64,000 nt of DNA from an uncultured Gemmatimonadaceae bacterium (GTDB lineage: Bacteria > Gemmatimonadota > Gemmatimonadetes > Longimicrobiales > Gaopeijiaceae). Made by a program: the position numbers and the translations under genes. Positions 53,042 through 63,233 of the stretch are shown here, in pieces. The notes beneath the pieces are model-generated. The model made no database searches, was not told the origin of the DNA, and saw only the letters and a list, made by a program, of their open reading frames with translations. How positions within the stretch are numbered: position 1 is the first letter of the stretch; each line of letters starts with the position of its first letter. The stretch covers positions 52,389 to 116,388 of the forward strand of contig CAZMTA010000009.1 of the NCBI GenBank assembly GCA_964569085.1. Direction: 5' to 3'.

Positions 53042-53593
53042 ATGCGGATGCGCGCCGCCCTCGTCCTCGTCCCCCTCGCGGCCTCCCTGGCCTGCGCCGA
53101 CGTCCCCACCCAGCCGCCCTTCGAGCTGGCCGACGCCTCCGAGACCCGGGTGCCGGGCCACCAGAAGGCCCGCTACGACGCCGACGGCAACGGCTTCCCC
53201 GACGACGGCGTCGAGGTGACCGGCGTGTACACGGCGTTCTACGCCGAGGACGCCGCCGGCGACTGGTACTGGGATCTGGGGGACGGTCGGATCCTCGGGA
53301 GCGTCGCCTCGCCCGACGACCTGGACGCCGCCACCCGCACGGACTGCGTCTACCACAACCAGTACCGGGCCACCTTCGGGAACGACCCGTTCATGGACAG
53401 CGGGTGGATCAAGAACAACATCCGCTGTACGGGGGCCGAGAAGGGCACCTTCAACTACCTCATCGTCCACGAATCCGACCCCCGCTACACCGGGAACCCG
53501 GACTGGGCGATCTGGAGCACCTGGGAGTACCACGTCCTGACCGTGGGCGGCTTCGGCAACCTGGTGGGCCCCAGGAGCCACGTGGGCGGCTGA
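53042..53593 (+). CDS. Hypothetical lipoprotein (183 aa)
   Basis: GGAGGAA lies upstream of the ATG. Signal peptide plus lipobox is LAASLAC. Composition is normal (Y/W/N/D-rich). No family recognised. Confidence 0.6.
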   Translation: MRMRAALVLVPLAASLACADVPTQPPFELADASETRVPGHQKARYDADGNGFPDDGVEVTGVYTAFYAEDAAGDWYWDLGDGRILGSVASPDDLDAATRTDCVYHNQYRATFGNDPFMDSGWIKNNIRCTGAEKGTFNYLIVHESDPRYTGNPDWAIWSTWEYHVLTVGGFGNLVGPRSHVGG

Positions 53594-53712
53594 CGCCGTA
53601 GCGGGCTCCCGGGGGGGATCCGAGAGCGCGGCCCGGCGACGCTTGCGGGGTCGGGCGGGGCGGGACATGCTGGGGGGCCTCGCCTCCTCCCCTCCCGCCC
53701 GGCCGCCCGCCC

Positions 53713-54519
53713 ATGACCGAGCTCCTGCTCGACCCCGCCGCCTGGATGAGCCTGTTCGGCATCACCCTCATCCAGATCGCGCTGGGGGCCGACAACCTCA
53801 TCATCATCACCATCATCGCCAACAAGCTCCCGGGCGCGGAGCGGGGGAAGGCGATCCGGTGGGGGCTGATCCTGGCGATGCTCTTCCGCATCGTCCTCCT
53901 CTTCGGGGTGAGCCTGGTGCTGACCGCGGCCACGGCGGAGCTCTTCGAGCTCGACACGTCCCTCCCCCTGGCCGGCACGGTCACCGCCGCGGTGAACGGC
54001 AAGGCGCTCGTCCTGGTCGTGGGCGGCCTCTTCCTCATCTGGAAGGGGATCAAGGAGCTCCGGGTGAAGCTCAAGGGCGTGGAGGACCACGTGAAGGAGG
54101 CGGCGAAGTTCCGGGACGTGGTCACCCTCATCGTGGGGATGAACCTCCTCTTCAGCGTGGACTCGATCCTCACCGTGGTCGGGATGACCGACGTGTTCGC
54201 CATCATGGTCGGCTCGGTGGTGATCTCGGTGGCCCTCATGCTGATCTTCGCCGACCCGCTCTCCCGCTTCCTCTCGACGAACCCCGAGTTCGAGATCCTG
54301 GGGCTCTTCGTGCTCCTCCTCATCGGGTTCGTGCTGGTCCTGGAGGGCGGGCACACCGCGCACCTCGAAGTCGGCGGAAGCGCCTTCCCCTACATCCCGC
54401 AGTGGATCGTGATCTTCATGCTCCTCCTCATGTTCAGCGTGGACCTCTACCAGAACTGGTGGGAGCGGAGCCGCGGGAAGCCCGAGGAGCCGGTGCCGCT
54501 GCACCACCGGAAGAAGTAG
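53713..54519 (+). CDS. TerC-family integral membrane protein
   Basis: ITLIQIALGADNLIIITIIA and the second half-repeat LLFSVDSILTVVGMT are typical TerC/YjbE motifs. Confidence 0.85.
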   Translation: MTELLLDPAAWMSLFGITLIQIALGADNLIIITIIANKLPGAERGKAIRWGLILAMLFRIVLLFGVSLVLTAATAELFELDTSLPLAGTVTAAVNGKALVLVVGGLFLIWKGIKELRVKLKGVEDHVKEAAKFRDVVTLIVGMNLLFSVDSILTVVGMTDVFAIMVGSVVISVALMLIFADPLSRFLSTNPEFEILGLFVLLLIGFVLVLEGGHTAHLEVGGSAFPYIPQWIVIFMLLLMFSVDLYQNWWERSRGKPEEPVPLHHRKK

Positions 54520-54621
54520 GCCGCGAGGCCGGCCCCGCCCTCGCGTGGCCCCGGCCCGCGGTCTATCCTGATGCCCGACCGCCCCCGAACGGCGGCTCTT
54601 TCTCCACCCGTGCAACTCCGG

Positions 54622-56094
54622 ATGACCATGCGCCGCTCCCTCCTCGTCGCCCTCGCCTTCCTCCTCCTCCCCGCCCAGGTCTTCGGCCAGCAGGAGGAGC
54701 GCTACGACTACTGGGGTCCCCAGCGGGAGATGATCCAGCGGGGGCAGCAGGCGATCCTCCAGTGCAACGGCCTCTTCACCTCGGGTCGGACGCTGAGGCA
54801 GGTCTACGACCAGGAGCTGGTCTTCCTCCCGGACCCGGTGGGCCAGCTCATGCCGGCCCGGGACGGCGACGGCTGGGTCGTGCGGGGCGACGTGGAGATC
54901 GACTGGGACCGCCGGGCGGTCCGGATCGGCGACACCGAGGACGACGTCCCCGCCATGCGGGCGGCGTTCCGCGAGGGGATCGGATGCGTCATCCTGGCGC
55001 CGGACCAGGACTTCGACGACATCGACGATCTCCCGGAGATCGTCATGGCGCCGCCTGCGGGAGACCCGGCCGACATCGCCTGGCCCGACGGGGACCGGGT
55101 GGGCGAGATCCGCGTCCCCGACGGCGTGGACGCCGCCGCCCTCCAGGCCGCCTCGGACTGGGCCTTCGACCGCCCGACTCCCGAGCAGGTCACGCTGAGC
55201 CTCCTGGTGATCCACGACGGGAAGATCGTCCACGAGCGCTACGCCCCCGGCGTCGAGATCGGCACGCGCACCCGGACCTGGTCCACGGCCAAGAGCATCG
55301 CGGCCACCCTCATCGGGATCCTGGTGGACGACGGGCGCATGGCGCTGGACGAGCCGCTGGCCCTGGACTGGAATCCCCAGGTGCGGGAGACGGAGGATCC
55401 CCGGGACGAGGTCACGCTCCGGGACGTCCTCCAGATGTCCAGCGGGCTCTATCCGGTGGACGCCGGGGGGCTGGAGTACGCCACGGGCTCGGGGATGTCC
55501 TACTGGGCCGGCTCGTCCTCGGTGGAGGGCGCGCTGGACCGGGGCCTCATCCGGAAGCCCGGCACGTTCTGGGAGTACGAGAACTACGAGACGCTCCTGG
55601 CCGTCCTCAAGATGAAGGAGGCGCTGGGGAGCGAGGAGGCGTACCACCGCTTCCCCCGGGAGGCGCTCTTCGACCGCATCGGCATGCGGAACACGCTCCT
55701 CTCCACGGACCGCTTCGGGGACTTCATCCTCTCCAGCCAGGTGTACACCAACGCCCGGGACCTGGGGCGCTTCGGGATCCTGTGGGAGAACGGGGGCGTG
55801 TGGCCCACCACCGGCGAGCGCATCGTGAGCGAGGAGTGGATCGACTTCGCCACCTCGCCGGCGCCGTCCACGGCCGAGCTGGGCAACTTCTACGGCGCCC
55901 AGTTCTGGCTCGTCCCCGACGACCGGAAGGGCGAGGTGCCCGCCGACGCCTACTCCACCGCCGGCAATCGGGGGCAGTTCGTCCTGGTCGTGCCCTCCCA
56001 CGATCTGGTCATCGTGCGCCGGGGGCTGGACTGGGGGCGCCAGGGCTTCGACCGCTGGGGGCTCGTCCGCGAGGTGCTGAAGGCCTTCGACTAG
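54622..56094 (+). CDS. Serine hydrolase (beta-lactamase/transpeptidase-like fold)
   Basis: ATG 54622 gives the signal peptide MTMRRSLLVALAFLLLPAQVFG. The SxxK motif is WSTAKS. YENYETLL resembles a class C-like YxN motif. Confidence 0.75.
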   Translation: MTMRRSLLVALAFLLLPAQVFGQQEERYDYWGPQREMIQRGQQAILQCNGLFTSGRTLRQVYDQELVFLPDPVGQLMPARDGDGWVVRGDVEIDWDRRAVRIGDTEDDVPAMRAAFREGIGCVILAPDQDFDDIDDLPEIVMAPPAGDPADIAWPDGDRVGEIRVPDGVDAAALQAASDWAFDRPTPEQVTLSLLVIHDGKIVHERYAPGVEIGTRTRTWSTAKSIAATLIGILVDDGRMALDEPLALDWNPQVRETEDPRDEVTLRDVLQMSSGLYPVDAGGLEYATGSGMSYWAGSSSVEGALDRGLIRKPGTFWEYENYETLLAVLKMKEALGSEEAYHRFPREALFDRIGMRNTLLSTDRFGDFILSSQVYTNARDLGRFGILWENGGVWPTTGERIVSEEWIDFATSPAPSTAELGNFYGAQFWLVPDDRKGEVPADAYSTAGNRGQFVLVVPSHDLVIVRRGLDWGRQGFDRWGLVREVLKAFD

Positions 56095-56117
56095 GCCTCG
56101 ACCCGCCGGGACGCACC

Positions 56118-56150
56118 GAGGGGGCGGGCGCCGTCGGCGCCCGCCCCCTC
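56118..56150. terminator. Perfect 15-bp GC hairpin GAGGGGGCGGGCGCC / GGCGCCCGCCCCCTC with a 3-nt loop between convergent genes; no U-tract
   Basis: Read directly between the hydrolase stop (56094) and the M14 peptidase stop (56177). Confidence 0.6.
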
Positions 56151-56176
56151 TCGTGCATCTCCGGACCGCGGGACGC

Positions 56177-57811
56177 CTAGCGGTCGCCGTCCAGCAGCTC
56201 CGCGGGCAGGGCCCGGGGCGTCATGAGCTTGTAGATGGGCACCAGGGGCGGGCCGTCGCCGCGCACCGCGTCCGAATCCCGGGGGATCCAGGCGTCCATG
56301 GTGTTCCAGTAGACCACGTTGTCCTCGGTCTCCACCTCGAGCATGTGGGCCACCAGGCGGCCCAGCGCCTGCCCGGTGGGCACCACGTACGTGCCCTCCG
56401 GGAAGGTCTCGGTGAGGGTCAGGACCTCGCCGACCTCGACGATCGTGGCGGCGGCGTGGTTGTACTGCCGCTCGTGCCGGACGTCGCCCACGGTGTAGGC
56501 GTCCACCTCGAGCTCCACGTCCTCCACGAGGCGCTCCACCGTGATCCCGTGGCGCCGCAGCATGGCCACGGCGTCCCGGGCGTCCCGGGGAAGCAGGTAG
56601 GCGTAGGGCCGGGGGCGGGTGCGCAGGACGACGGGCTTCTTGAGGAGCTGTGCCCCTTCGATGCGCACCGCGTCCACCTCCTCGGTGGGATCGGTGCCCC
56701 GGCCGCCGTTCTCGACGTACCAGTAGTCCACCGGGTAGTCCTCGGGCTCGTACTCCATCTCCACCGTCACGTCGCCCCGGGCCTCACGCCCCATGGCGAT
56801 GGTCTCGGCGGTGGCGTCGGCCACGGTGCGCATGAGCTCGTCGGCGTGCTCCGCCGACCAGTCCACCACGGCCAGGTAGCCCAGGTAGCCCGCCCGGGCG
56901 CCGGTCTCCATGGTCTGGGTCGGGGACTCGAAGAGGATGCCCACCGAGTTCACGAAGCCGCCGTAGTTCCGGCCGATGCGCGCCTGGGACCCGCCCACGC
57001 GCCAGGCCTCCTCGTTCCCGCCGGTGTAGTACCAGGACTGGTAGCCCTCGGTCTCGAGCATCCGGTCGATGGCCGGGAAGATCTCCTCGTCGCAGAGGAG
57101 CGTGATCTCCGGGGCCGGATCGGCGTGGCTCGGGCACTGGTAGTTGAGGTTGTAGGGCCGGGAGCCGCCGTTGTGGCCGTCCACGTACAGGTGGGGGCGC
57201 CACTCGGAGATGATGTTGCCCACGTAGCTGGCGATGGCGGGCTGCTCGAGCTTGATGTAGTCGCGGTTCAGATCCAGCCCCCAGAGGTTCCCCCGCGTTC
57301 CGCGCTCGGAGGCCTCGAAGCCGTCGGGGTTGATCTGGGGCACCACGACCACGGTGACGTCGTCCAGGAGCGCCCAGGCGTCGGTGCCGGGTGTGGCGAA
57401 GTCCCGCATGAGGACCAGAAGGCCCTCGCGGAAGGTGCGCTCGTCCCCGTGCACGTTGGCCGCCAGGACGACGACGGGGCGTCCCAGCGCCTCCGCCTCG
57501 AAGGGCTGGCTGATCAGGGGACGGGAGAAGACCGCGTAGGCCAGCTCCCGCTCCTGCCAGGTCTCGCCGTAGGTGCCCAGGTACATGTTCGGGCTGACGG
57601 CCTTCAGCGCGCGCAGGTAGTCCCACATCTCCTGGTGGTTCGTGTGGCGCTCGAAGCCCGACTCCTCCGCGGCGGTCCGCGGGAAGCCGTCGGGCACCGG
57701 GGACCACTGGGTCTGGGCGGCGGCCGGGAGGGCGAGGAGGAGGGCGAGGGCCAGGGGGGCCAGGAGCGCGAGGGCGCGCCGGGGCGCCGTGCGGACGCGG
57801 GTGGGATTCAT
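56177..57811 (-). CDS. M14-family zinc carboxypeptidase, secreted
   Basis: ATG 57811 gives a signal peptide ending LALPAAAQ. The zinc motif is NVHGDE, and DLNRDY is present. Confidence 0.8.
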   Translation of the reverse strand: MNPTRVRTAPRRALALLAPLALALLLALPAAAQTQWSPVPDGFPRTAAEESGFERHTNHQEMWDYLRALKAVSPNMYLGTYGETWQERELAYAVFSRPLISQPFEAEALGRPVVVLAANVHGDERTFREGLLVLMRDFATPGTDAWALLDDVTVVVVPQINPDGFEASERGTRGNLWGLDLNRDYIKLEQPAIASYVGNIISEWRPHLYVDGHNGGSRPYNLNYQCPSHADPAPEITLLCDEEIFPAIDRMLETEGYQSWYYTGGNEEAWRVGGSQARIGRNYGGFVNSVGILFESPTQTMETGARAGYLGYLAVVDWSAEHADELMRTVADATAETIAMGREARGDVTVEMEYEPEDYPVDYWYVENGGRGTDPTEEVDAVRIEGAQLLKKPVVLRTRPRPYAYLLPRDARDAVAMLRRHGITVERLVEDVELEVDAYTVGDVRHERQYNHAAATIVEVGEVLTLTETFPEGTYVVPTGQALGRLVAHMLEVETEDNVVYWNTMDAWIPRDSDAVRGDGPPLVPIYKLMTPRALPAELLDGDR

Positions 57812-57940
57812 GTCGGTTCCGGGTTCGGGGAGGGGAGCGGCGCGGCGGCCGCGGCTTCCGCTGCCCTGAAGGGACAGGCTGCTATGAAGCACCCCGATGG
57901 CGCCCCAGGGTTCGCCCGGGTGGCCGGGACGGCGGGCCGC

Positions 57941-59077
57941 TCAGCCCTCCACCGGCGACGGTCCCTGGTGCACCGCGCCGGGATCCCCGCCGCCCAGGAC
58001 GTGCTCCCACGCGTCCAGCATGGCCTCGAACGAGAAGCGAGTCCGGGCCCGCTCCCGGGCCGCGCGTGCCATGGCCTCCCGGCGGGCGTCGTCGGACAGG
58101 AGGGCCCGGGTGGCGTCGGCCAGGGCGCGGGCGTCGGCGGGCACCACCAGGCCCGGCGGAGGGTCGCCCCCCTCCAGCGCCTCCGCGGCGCCGCTCACCG
58201 GCGTGCTCACCACCGGCACGCCGGCGGCCAGCGCTTCCAGCATGGCGTTGGCCATGCCCTCCTTGTCGGAGGTGAGGAGAAACAGGTCCAGCGCGGCCAG
58301 GACCGTGGCCACGTCCCGGCGGAAGCCCAGGAAGTGGACGCGGTCGGCCATTCCCAGCGCCTCCGCCCGCGCCCGCAGGTCCGCCTCCAGCTCCCCGGTC
58401 CCCGCCAGCGCCAGGTGGACGCCGTCGAGCGACGCCACCGCCGCCAGCATGCGGTCCAGCCGCTTCTGCTCCGCCAGGCGGGTGACGCTCCCCACGACGG
58501 GACGGTCCAGGGGGAGCCCCAGCGCCGCGCGGGCCTCGTCACGGGGCGGGGGAGGGGCGCCGAGCTCGATCCCGTCGTACACCGTGACGACGGTGCGGGG
58601 GTCGGCCGAGGGGAGGTCGGCCCGGAAGTCGGTGCGGATCCCGTCGGCGTTCAGGAGCACCGCGTCGGTCCAGCGGCGGAGGGCCAGCCGGTACGTCCAG
58701 TGGCGCCGGGGGAGGTCGGTGGAGAGCCCGATGCGGGACACGACCACGGGCACGCCGGCGCGGCGCGCCGCCATCCCCGCCAGCCAGAGCTTCTTGAAGG
58801 TGCTGACCAGGAGGGCGTCGGGCCCCCAGGAGGCGAGCTGGCGGGAGAAGCGCCAGGCGTCGGGGAGCATGAGGTGGCCGCCGAGCCGCCCCGGCTCGGC
58901 CGGCACACCCATGGACGCGGCCCGCTCCGCCATCGCCTGGTCCCGGCAGAAGAAGCGGACCGCGTGGCCCCGCTCGGCGAGGCCCCGGAGGAGGAGGAGC
59001 GTCCACTTCTCCCCGCCTCCGAACTCCGAGGCGCCGTTGTGGGCCGCGATGCGCAGCGGCGGGACGGACCGGCCCAC
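57941..59077 (-). CDS. Glycosyltransferase family 4 (GT-B fold)
   Basis: GGGEKW is in the N-terminal domain. The C-terminal domain has the EGMANAMLEALAAGVPVVST (E-x7-E) motif. Start is GTG. Confidence 0.82.
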   Translation of the reverse strand: MGRSVPPLRIAAHNGASEFGGGEKWTLLLLRGLAERGHAVRFFCRDQAMAERAASMGVPAEPGRLGGHLMLPDAWRFSRQLASWGPDALLVSTFKKLWLAGMAARRAGVPVVVSRIGLSTDLPRRHWTYRLALRRWTDAVLLNADGIRTDFRADLPSADPRTVVTVYDGIELGAPPPPRDEARAALGLPLDRPVVGSVTRLAEQKRLDRMLAAVASLDGVHLALAGTGELEADLRARAEALGMADRVHFLGFRRDVATVLAALDLFLLTSDKEGMANAMLEALAAGVPVVSTPVSGAAEALEGGDPPPGLVVPADARALADATRALLSDDARREAMARAARERARTRFSFEAMLDAWEHVLGGGDPGAVHQGPSPVEG

Positions 59078-59090
59078 GGGCGCCGGAAGG

Positions 59091-59300
59091 CTACCGGTCT
59101 TCGGCGAGGACCGGGTCCCAGTCCACGGTCTTGTGGCTGCCGTCGCAGAAGGGCTTGTTGGAGGACTGGCCGCAGCGGCAGAGGTAGTACGGCTTGCCCT
59201 CGCGGGTCTCGAGCTCGTTCCCGGCGGCGTCCACCAGGGGGACGTCGCCCTCGACCTTGAGGGATCCGGTGGAGCTGATGGTGATCTTCACGTCGGACAC
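59091..59300 (-). CDS. CDGSH-type iron-sulfur domain protein (69 aa)
   Basis: [16 protein letters not shown] is the 3Cys-1His [2Fe-2S] signature. The GTG start is preceded by GGAAGG. Confidence 0.8.
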   Translation of the reverse strand: MSDVKITISSTGSLKVEGDVPLVDAAGNELETREGKPYYLCRCGQSSNKPFCDGSHKTVDWDPVLAEDR

Positions 59301-59397
59301 GGACTGCCTTCCTGGACCTGTGGGGTGGGGATGCGGGTACCGGGCCCACGAACCCCCGACCCCCGCGGCGGTTCCGTGACGCCCGGCGTTTTCCGGG

Positions 59398-59426
59398 TTG
59401 GAGCGCCCCCGCGCGGCGGGTAGATT
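59398..59426 (+). promoter_or_regulatory. Sigma70-like promoter candidate: TTGGAG (59398-59403), 17-nt spacer, TAGATT (59421-59426)
   Basis: Read directly, about 60 nt upstream of the ispG start. Confidence 0.45.
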
Positions 59427-59485
59427 CCCGGCGGGACGCTCCGGCGTCCTCGACCAACGACCAACCCCTCCCGAGGTCCCCTGTC

Positions 59486-60724
59486 GTGATCCCGGTCCAG
59501 CGCAGAAAGACCGTTCCCGTGGACGTGGGCGGCGTCACCATCGGCGGCGACGCGCCCGTCGTGGTCCAGTCCATGACCAACACCGACACCGCCGACGTGG
59601 ACTCCACCGTCGAGCAGGTGAAGCTCCTGGCCGACGCCGGCTCGGAGATCGTGCGGGTCACGGTGAACAACGACGAGTCGGCCCAGGCGGTCCCGGAGAT
59701 CGTGGAGCGGCTGCGCACCGACGGCTACGACACGCCCATCGTCGGGGACTTCCACTACAACGGGCACATCCTGCTGACGAAGTACCCGGACGCGGCGGAG
59801 GCGCTGGCCAAGCTCCGCATCAACCCGGGGAACGTGGGCGCCAAGCGCCGCGACGAGAACTTCCAGCAGATCGTCGAGGTGGCCATCCGCCACGACAAGC
59901 CGGTGCGCATCGGGGTCAACTGGGGCTCGCTGGACCAGCGCCTCCTCACCGAGCTCATGGACGAGAACGCCGAGGCGGGCTCGCCCAAGAGCGCCGACGA
60001 GGTGCTCATGGACGCCATGGTCGAGAGCGCGGTCCGCTCCGCCGCCCTGGCCGAGGAGACGGGGCTGGCCCACGACAAGATCGTCATCAGCACCAAGGTC
60101 TCCACGGTGCGGAAGCTCATCTACGTCTACCGGGAGATCGCGGCGCGCTGCGACTACCCGCTCCACCTGGGCCTGACCGAGGCCGGGCTCGGGAACAAGG
60201 GGATCGTGGCCACCACCGCTGGCCTCGCGCCGCTCCTCCTCGAGGGCATCGGGGACACCATCCGGGTCTCGCTGACGCCCAAGCCCGGCGGGGACCGGGC
60301 CGAGGAGGTCCGCGTGGCCCAGCAGATCCTCCAGTCGCTGGAGATCCGCTCCTTCGAGCCCCAGGTGACCTCGTGCCCCGGGTGCGGGCGCACCACCTCG
60401 ACCTTCTTCCAGGAGATGGCCGAGGACATCACCGGCTACATCCGGGACAACATGCCGGTGTGGCGGGACGCGTACCCGGGCGTGGAGGAGATGGAGGTGG
60501 CGGTCATGGGGTGCGTGGTGAACGGCCCCGGCGAGTCCAAGTACGCCAACATCGGCATCTCGCTCCCCGGCACCTTCGAGGAGCCCAAGGCCCCGGTCTA
60601 CATCGACGGCGAGCACGCCACGACCCTCAAGGGCGAGGGCCTGGTGGAGGAGTTCAAGGGCATCCTCCTGGACTACATCGAGCGCACGTACGGCCGGAAG
60701 ACGGCGGGAGCGGGCGCGGAGTAG
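59486..60724 (+). CDS. ispG: 4-hydroxy-3-methylbut-2-en-1-yl diphosphate synthase (flavodoxin)
   Basis: [17 protein letters not shown], and the [4Fe-4S] cysteines in SCPGCGRT and [10 protein letters not shown] are present. Start is GTG. Confidence 0.93.
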   Translation: MIPVQRRKTVPVDVGGVTIGGDAPVVVQSMTNTDTADVDSTVEQVKLLADAGSEIVRVTVNNDESAQAVPEIVERLRTDGYDTPIVGDFHYNGHILLTKYPDAAEALAKLRINPGNVGAKRRDENFQQIVEVAIRHDKPVRIGVNWGSLDQRLLTELMDENAEAGSPKSADEVLMDAMVESAVRSAALAEETGLAHDKIVISTKVSTVRKLIYVYREIAARCDYPLHLGLTEAGLGNKGIVATTAGLAPLLLEGIGDTIRVSLTPKPGGDRAEEVRVAQQILQSLEIRSFEPQVTSCPGCGRTTSTFFQEMAEDITGYIRDNMPVWRDAYPGVEEMEVAVMGCVVNGPGESKYANIGISLPGTFEEPKAPVYIDGEHATTLKGEGLVEEFKGILLDYIERTYGRKTAGAGAE

Positions 60725-60770
60725 GGAGGCCTGGAGCTCCACCTCCCCCCACCGCCCGCGTTCCTCTCCC

Positions 60771-63200
60771 GTGCGCCGTCCCTCCCTGTCCCGGCTCCAC
60801 CGCGCCGGCCCGGCGCTGGCCTTCCTCCTGGCCTTCCTTCCGGGCTCCGCCGATGCCCAGGTGGAGGCCTCCCGCGATCCCTGGAACGAGCCGTTCTTCT
60901 ACGCGGGCGTGTCCGGGGTCCGGCTGTCGGGGGCCCTGGCGCCCGACTGGAGCCTCGGCCCCCTCCGCACCGTGGGCGCCCAGGGCCCCGCGGGTCCGCT
61001 CTGGTTCTTCCTGGAGGTCGACGAGGGACGGTTCCTGGAGGTCCAGGGATCCAAGACGGCGGATCTCCTCAACGGCACCGCGGGACTCCTCCTCGGGGGA
61101 AGGGTGGGTGGGCTCCGCCTGGAGGGAGGCCCCCTGGTAGGCGTTCAACGCCTCGAAGGCGCGCACCTGATCCCGGGGGGAAGCGAGACGGAGCTGGTGC
61201 TCGGCGGGCGGGCCGTGGTCCGGAGCCCCACGTGGCGTGGCGTGCACGCGGCCGTGGTCGTGGACGTCCAGCGCGCGTTCTACCGGGAGCCGCTGGACGT
61301 GTCCCGCGTGTCCCTCCGCCTCGGGTGGGCGTCTCCCTTCCCGGAGGCGGTGCGCTCCGCGCTCGTCGGCGACGACGCCGGACGCGGGGCCCCGCCCCCG
61401 CCGACGTTCGAGGTGCTCCGCCGGGAGGACCTGGCCGACGCCGGCATCGTCGGGTGGGAGGAGCTGACGGCGGTGCTTCCAGGGTGGTCTTCCTGGGCCC
61501 CCAACGGGTCGGCCACACGGCTCGCACCTCCCGGCGGCGGTCACCCGGGGGCCGGACGGTGGCGGATCGTGGTGGACGGGATCGAGCTCCCGGTCCGGGG
61601 CGTCACCGGGGCCGCGCTGGATCGTCTCCCCGTCCCGCTGCACATGGTGGATTCCATCCGGGTCCACGACGGGCCGGGACTCCTGGACGGGCGGCCCACC
61701 GACCCGGGGGTCCTGGAGTTGTTCGTCCACGACCCCGCAGGCCCCATGGGGGGCCACGTGCGGGAGGCGGGAAACCCCCGGGGCGACCCCGGTCTGGCGG
61801 CCGGGGAGATGGCCGAAAACGTCGACCGGCTGGGGCGAAGCGAGGCCTCGTGGGCGGGGTGGGGTGGCCCGCACGGGGGCGTCGCGGTCAGCGCCGGCTA
61901 CCACGATCGCTACGTCCGGGAGCGGGAAGGACTTCTGCAGCTCCGCCGGGACCACCTGTTGATCGATCCGAGCGTGGTGGTCCACCGCCTGGCCGGGAGC
62001 GCGTGGGCCCGGTCGGGGCCGGCGGTGCACCGCGTTCGCTGGGGGCGGGTGGAGGGTCGGGACTACCCCCACCTGGACCCGCTCGGACGCGAGGTCATGA
62101 GTGATCACCAACGGGACTGGGTGGGACTGTCGGGCCAGGTGGGGCTCGGGATGGAGCGGGCGGTCGAGTATGGCCTGGCGTGGGGCCGCCGGACGCTGGG
62201 GACCCTCCCGGGAGACACCACCGCGGCGCTCCTGGACTTCCGGGAGGAGGAGCTCGAGGGGCGGGTCACGGTGAGCCTGGGCGCCTGGACGGTGAGTGGG
62301 GTGGGCGCCCGCCGTCGGGCCACCGGCGGGCCCGATCTCGGGGACCCCACGCAGACCGAGGGGCGGCTCCGTGTCTCGACGACGGTGGCGGGCGTCGGCG
62401 TGTCCGGCGCCGCCGGACGGGCGGACGGCCGGACGGTGGGGGATCTCCTCCTGCAGCGGGCCGTCGTCCTACGCGGCGATACCGAGCTCCGCCTGACGGC
62501 GCATCTCGAGCGGGCTTCGGACACCGGGTTGGGCTCCCTCTGGAGCTGGGAGCGGCGAGGACTCGGGCTGGTGGAGCGGTACGGCCTGACGGGGAATCCC
62601 GAGGAGGCCGGGGCGCTGTGGCGTAGCCAGGGGGAGGCTCGTCTCGCGAGGCTCGGAACCCCCGACGGCGTGCGCTGGACGGCGGGCCTCAGGGTCGGAC
62701 GGGACGGAGGGCTGGGCCGGACGGACCGCGGGGGCCGGGCGACGGACGTGCCCGTCGTGCGCGTGGTGTCCGGCGCATGGGCCGCCGGCTGGGGCGAGGT
62801 CCGCCTCGGGGACGGCGACCTCCGGGGCGCCACCCGCCTGGATCTGGAGCTGGGAAGCCGGGGCGTCGAGGCGTGGAGGGACCTCCGGGCCCGTATCCCC
62901 GACGCCCGGCTTCGATCGACGGCCTCCTGGCGGCCCGCGCCGGGCCTCGTCCTTCATGGGACCGCCCGGGGTTGGACGGGCACCCGGTGGGACGCGCGCT
63001 GGAGCGAGGACGGGGCCCCGGTGAAGCTCCCGGCGTCGTTCACGGTGGACGTCGCGGCGCGGAAGACGGTGTGGGAGGGTCGTGGGTGGCTGGCGGTGCG
63101 GGTGGCCGATCTGCTCGATCGCGAGGCCGCGTCCCACCCCCTGGGCATCCCGCCGGCCATGCGCCTCAACCTGGAGGCCGGCGTCCGCTTCGGCGGGTGA
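60771..63200 (+). CDS. Outer-membrane beta-barrel protein with a divergent TonB-dependent-receptor-like plug segment (809 aa)
   Basis: The signal peptide is LAFLLAFLPGSADAQ. A plug-like stretch VVDGIELP...LPVPLHMVDSIRVHDGPG lies about 250 aa in. The C-terminal part is long, G/R/W-rich with alternating residues, and ends LNLEAGVRFGG. Confidence 0.55.
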   Translation: MRRPSLSRLHRAGPALAFLLAFLPGSADAQVEASRDPWNEPFFYAGVSGVRLSGALAPDWSLGPLRTVGAQGPAGPLWFFLEVDEGRFLEVQGSKTADLLNGTAGLLLGGRVGGLRLEGGPLVGVQRLEGAHLIPGGSETELVLGGRAVVRSPTWRGVHAAVVVDVQRAFYREPLDVSRVSLRLGWASPFPEAVRSALVGDDAGRGAPPPPTFEVLRREDLADAGIVGWEELTAVLPGWSSWAPNGSATRLAPPGGGHPGAGRWRIVVDGIELPVRGVTGAALDRLPVPLHMVDSIRVHDGPGLLDGRPTDPGVLELFVHDPAGPMGGHVREAGNPRGDPGLAAGEMAENVDRLGRSEASWAGWGGPHGGVAVSAGYHDRYVREREGLLQLRRDHLLIDPSVVVHRLAGSAWARSGPAVHRVRWGRVEGRDYPHLDPLGREVMSDHQRDWVGLSGQVGLGMERAVEYGLAWGRRTLGTLPGDTTAALLDFREEELEGRVTVSLGAWTVSGVGARRRATGGPDLGDPTQTEGRLRVSTTVAGVGVSGAAGRADGRTVGDLLLQRAVVLRGDTELRLTAHLERASDTGLGSLWSWERRGLGLVERYGLTGNPEEAGALWRSQGEARLARLGTPDGVRWTAGLRVGRDGGLGRTDRGGRATDVPVVRVVSGAWAAGWGEVRLGDGDLRGATRLDLELGSRGVEAWRDLRARIPDARLRSTASWRPAPGLVLHGTARGWTGTRWDARWSEDGAPVKLPASFTVDVAARKTVWEGRGWLAVRVADLLDREAASHPLGIPPAMRLNLEAGVRFGG

Positions 63201-63233
63201 GGGCGGCAGACGAGGAAGGGACCCCACGAAGAA

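Noticed and set aside
53594-53712. A yybP-ykoY (Mn2+) riboswitch upstream of the TerC-family gene.
   Set aside because: The 119-nt gap lacks the conserved GGGGAGUAG-type and GAGACC-type elements I associate with that riboswitch, and it is shorter than typical. It should still be confirmed with Infernal.
52686-57811. An intact genomic island or prophage integrated at tRNA-Ser.
   Set aside because: I found no integrase, excisionase, transposase or phage genes downstream. The repeats are only 195 bp apart. The following genes (lipoprotein, TerC, serine hydrolase, M14 peptidase) have the same composition and codon style as the rest of the window.
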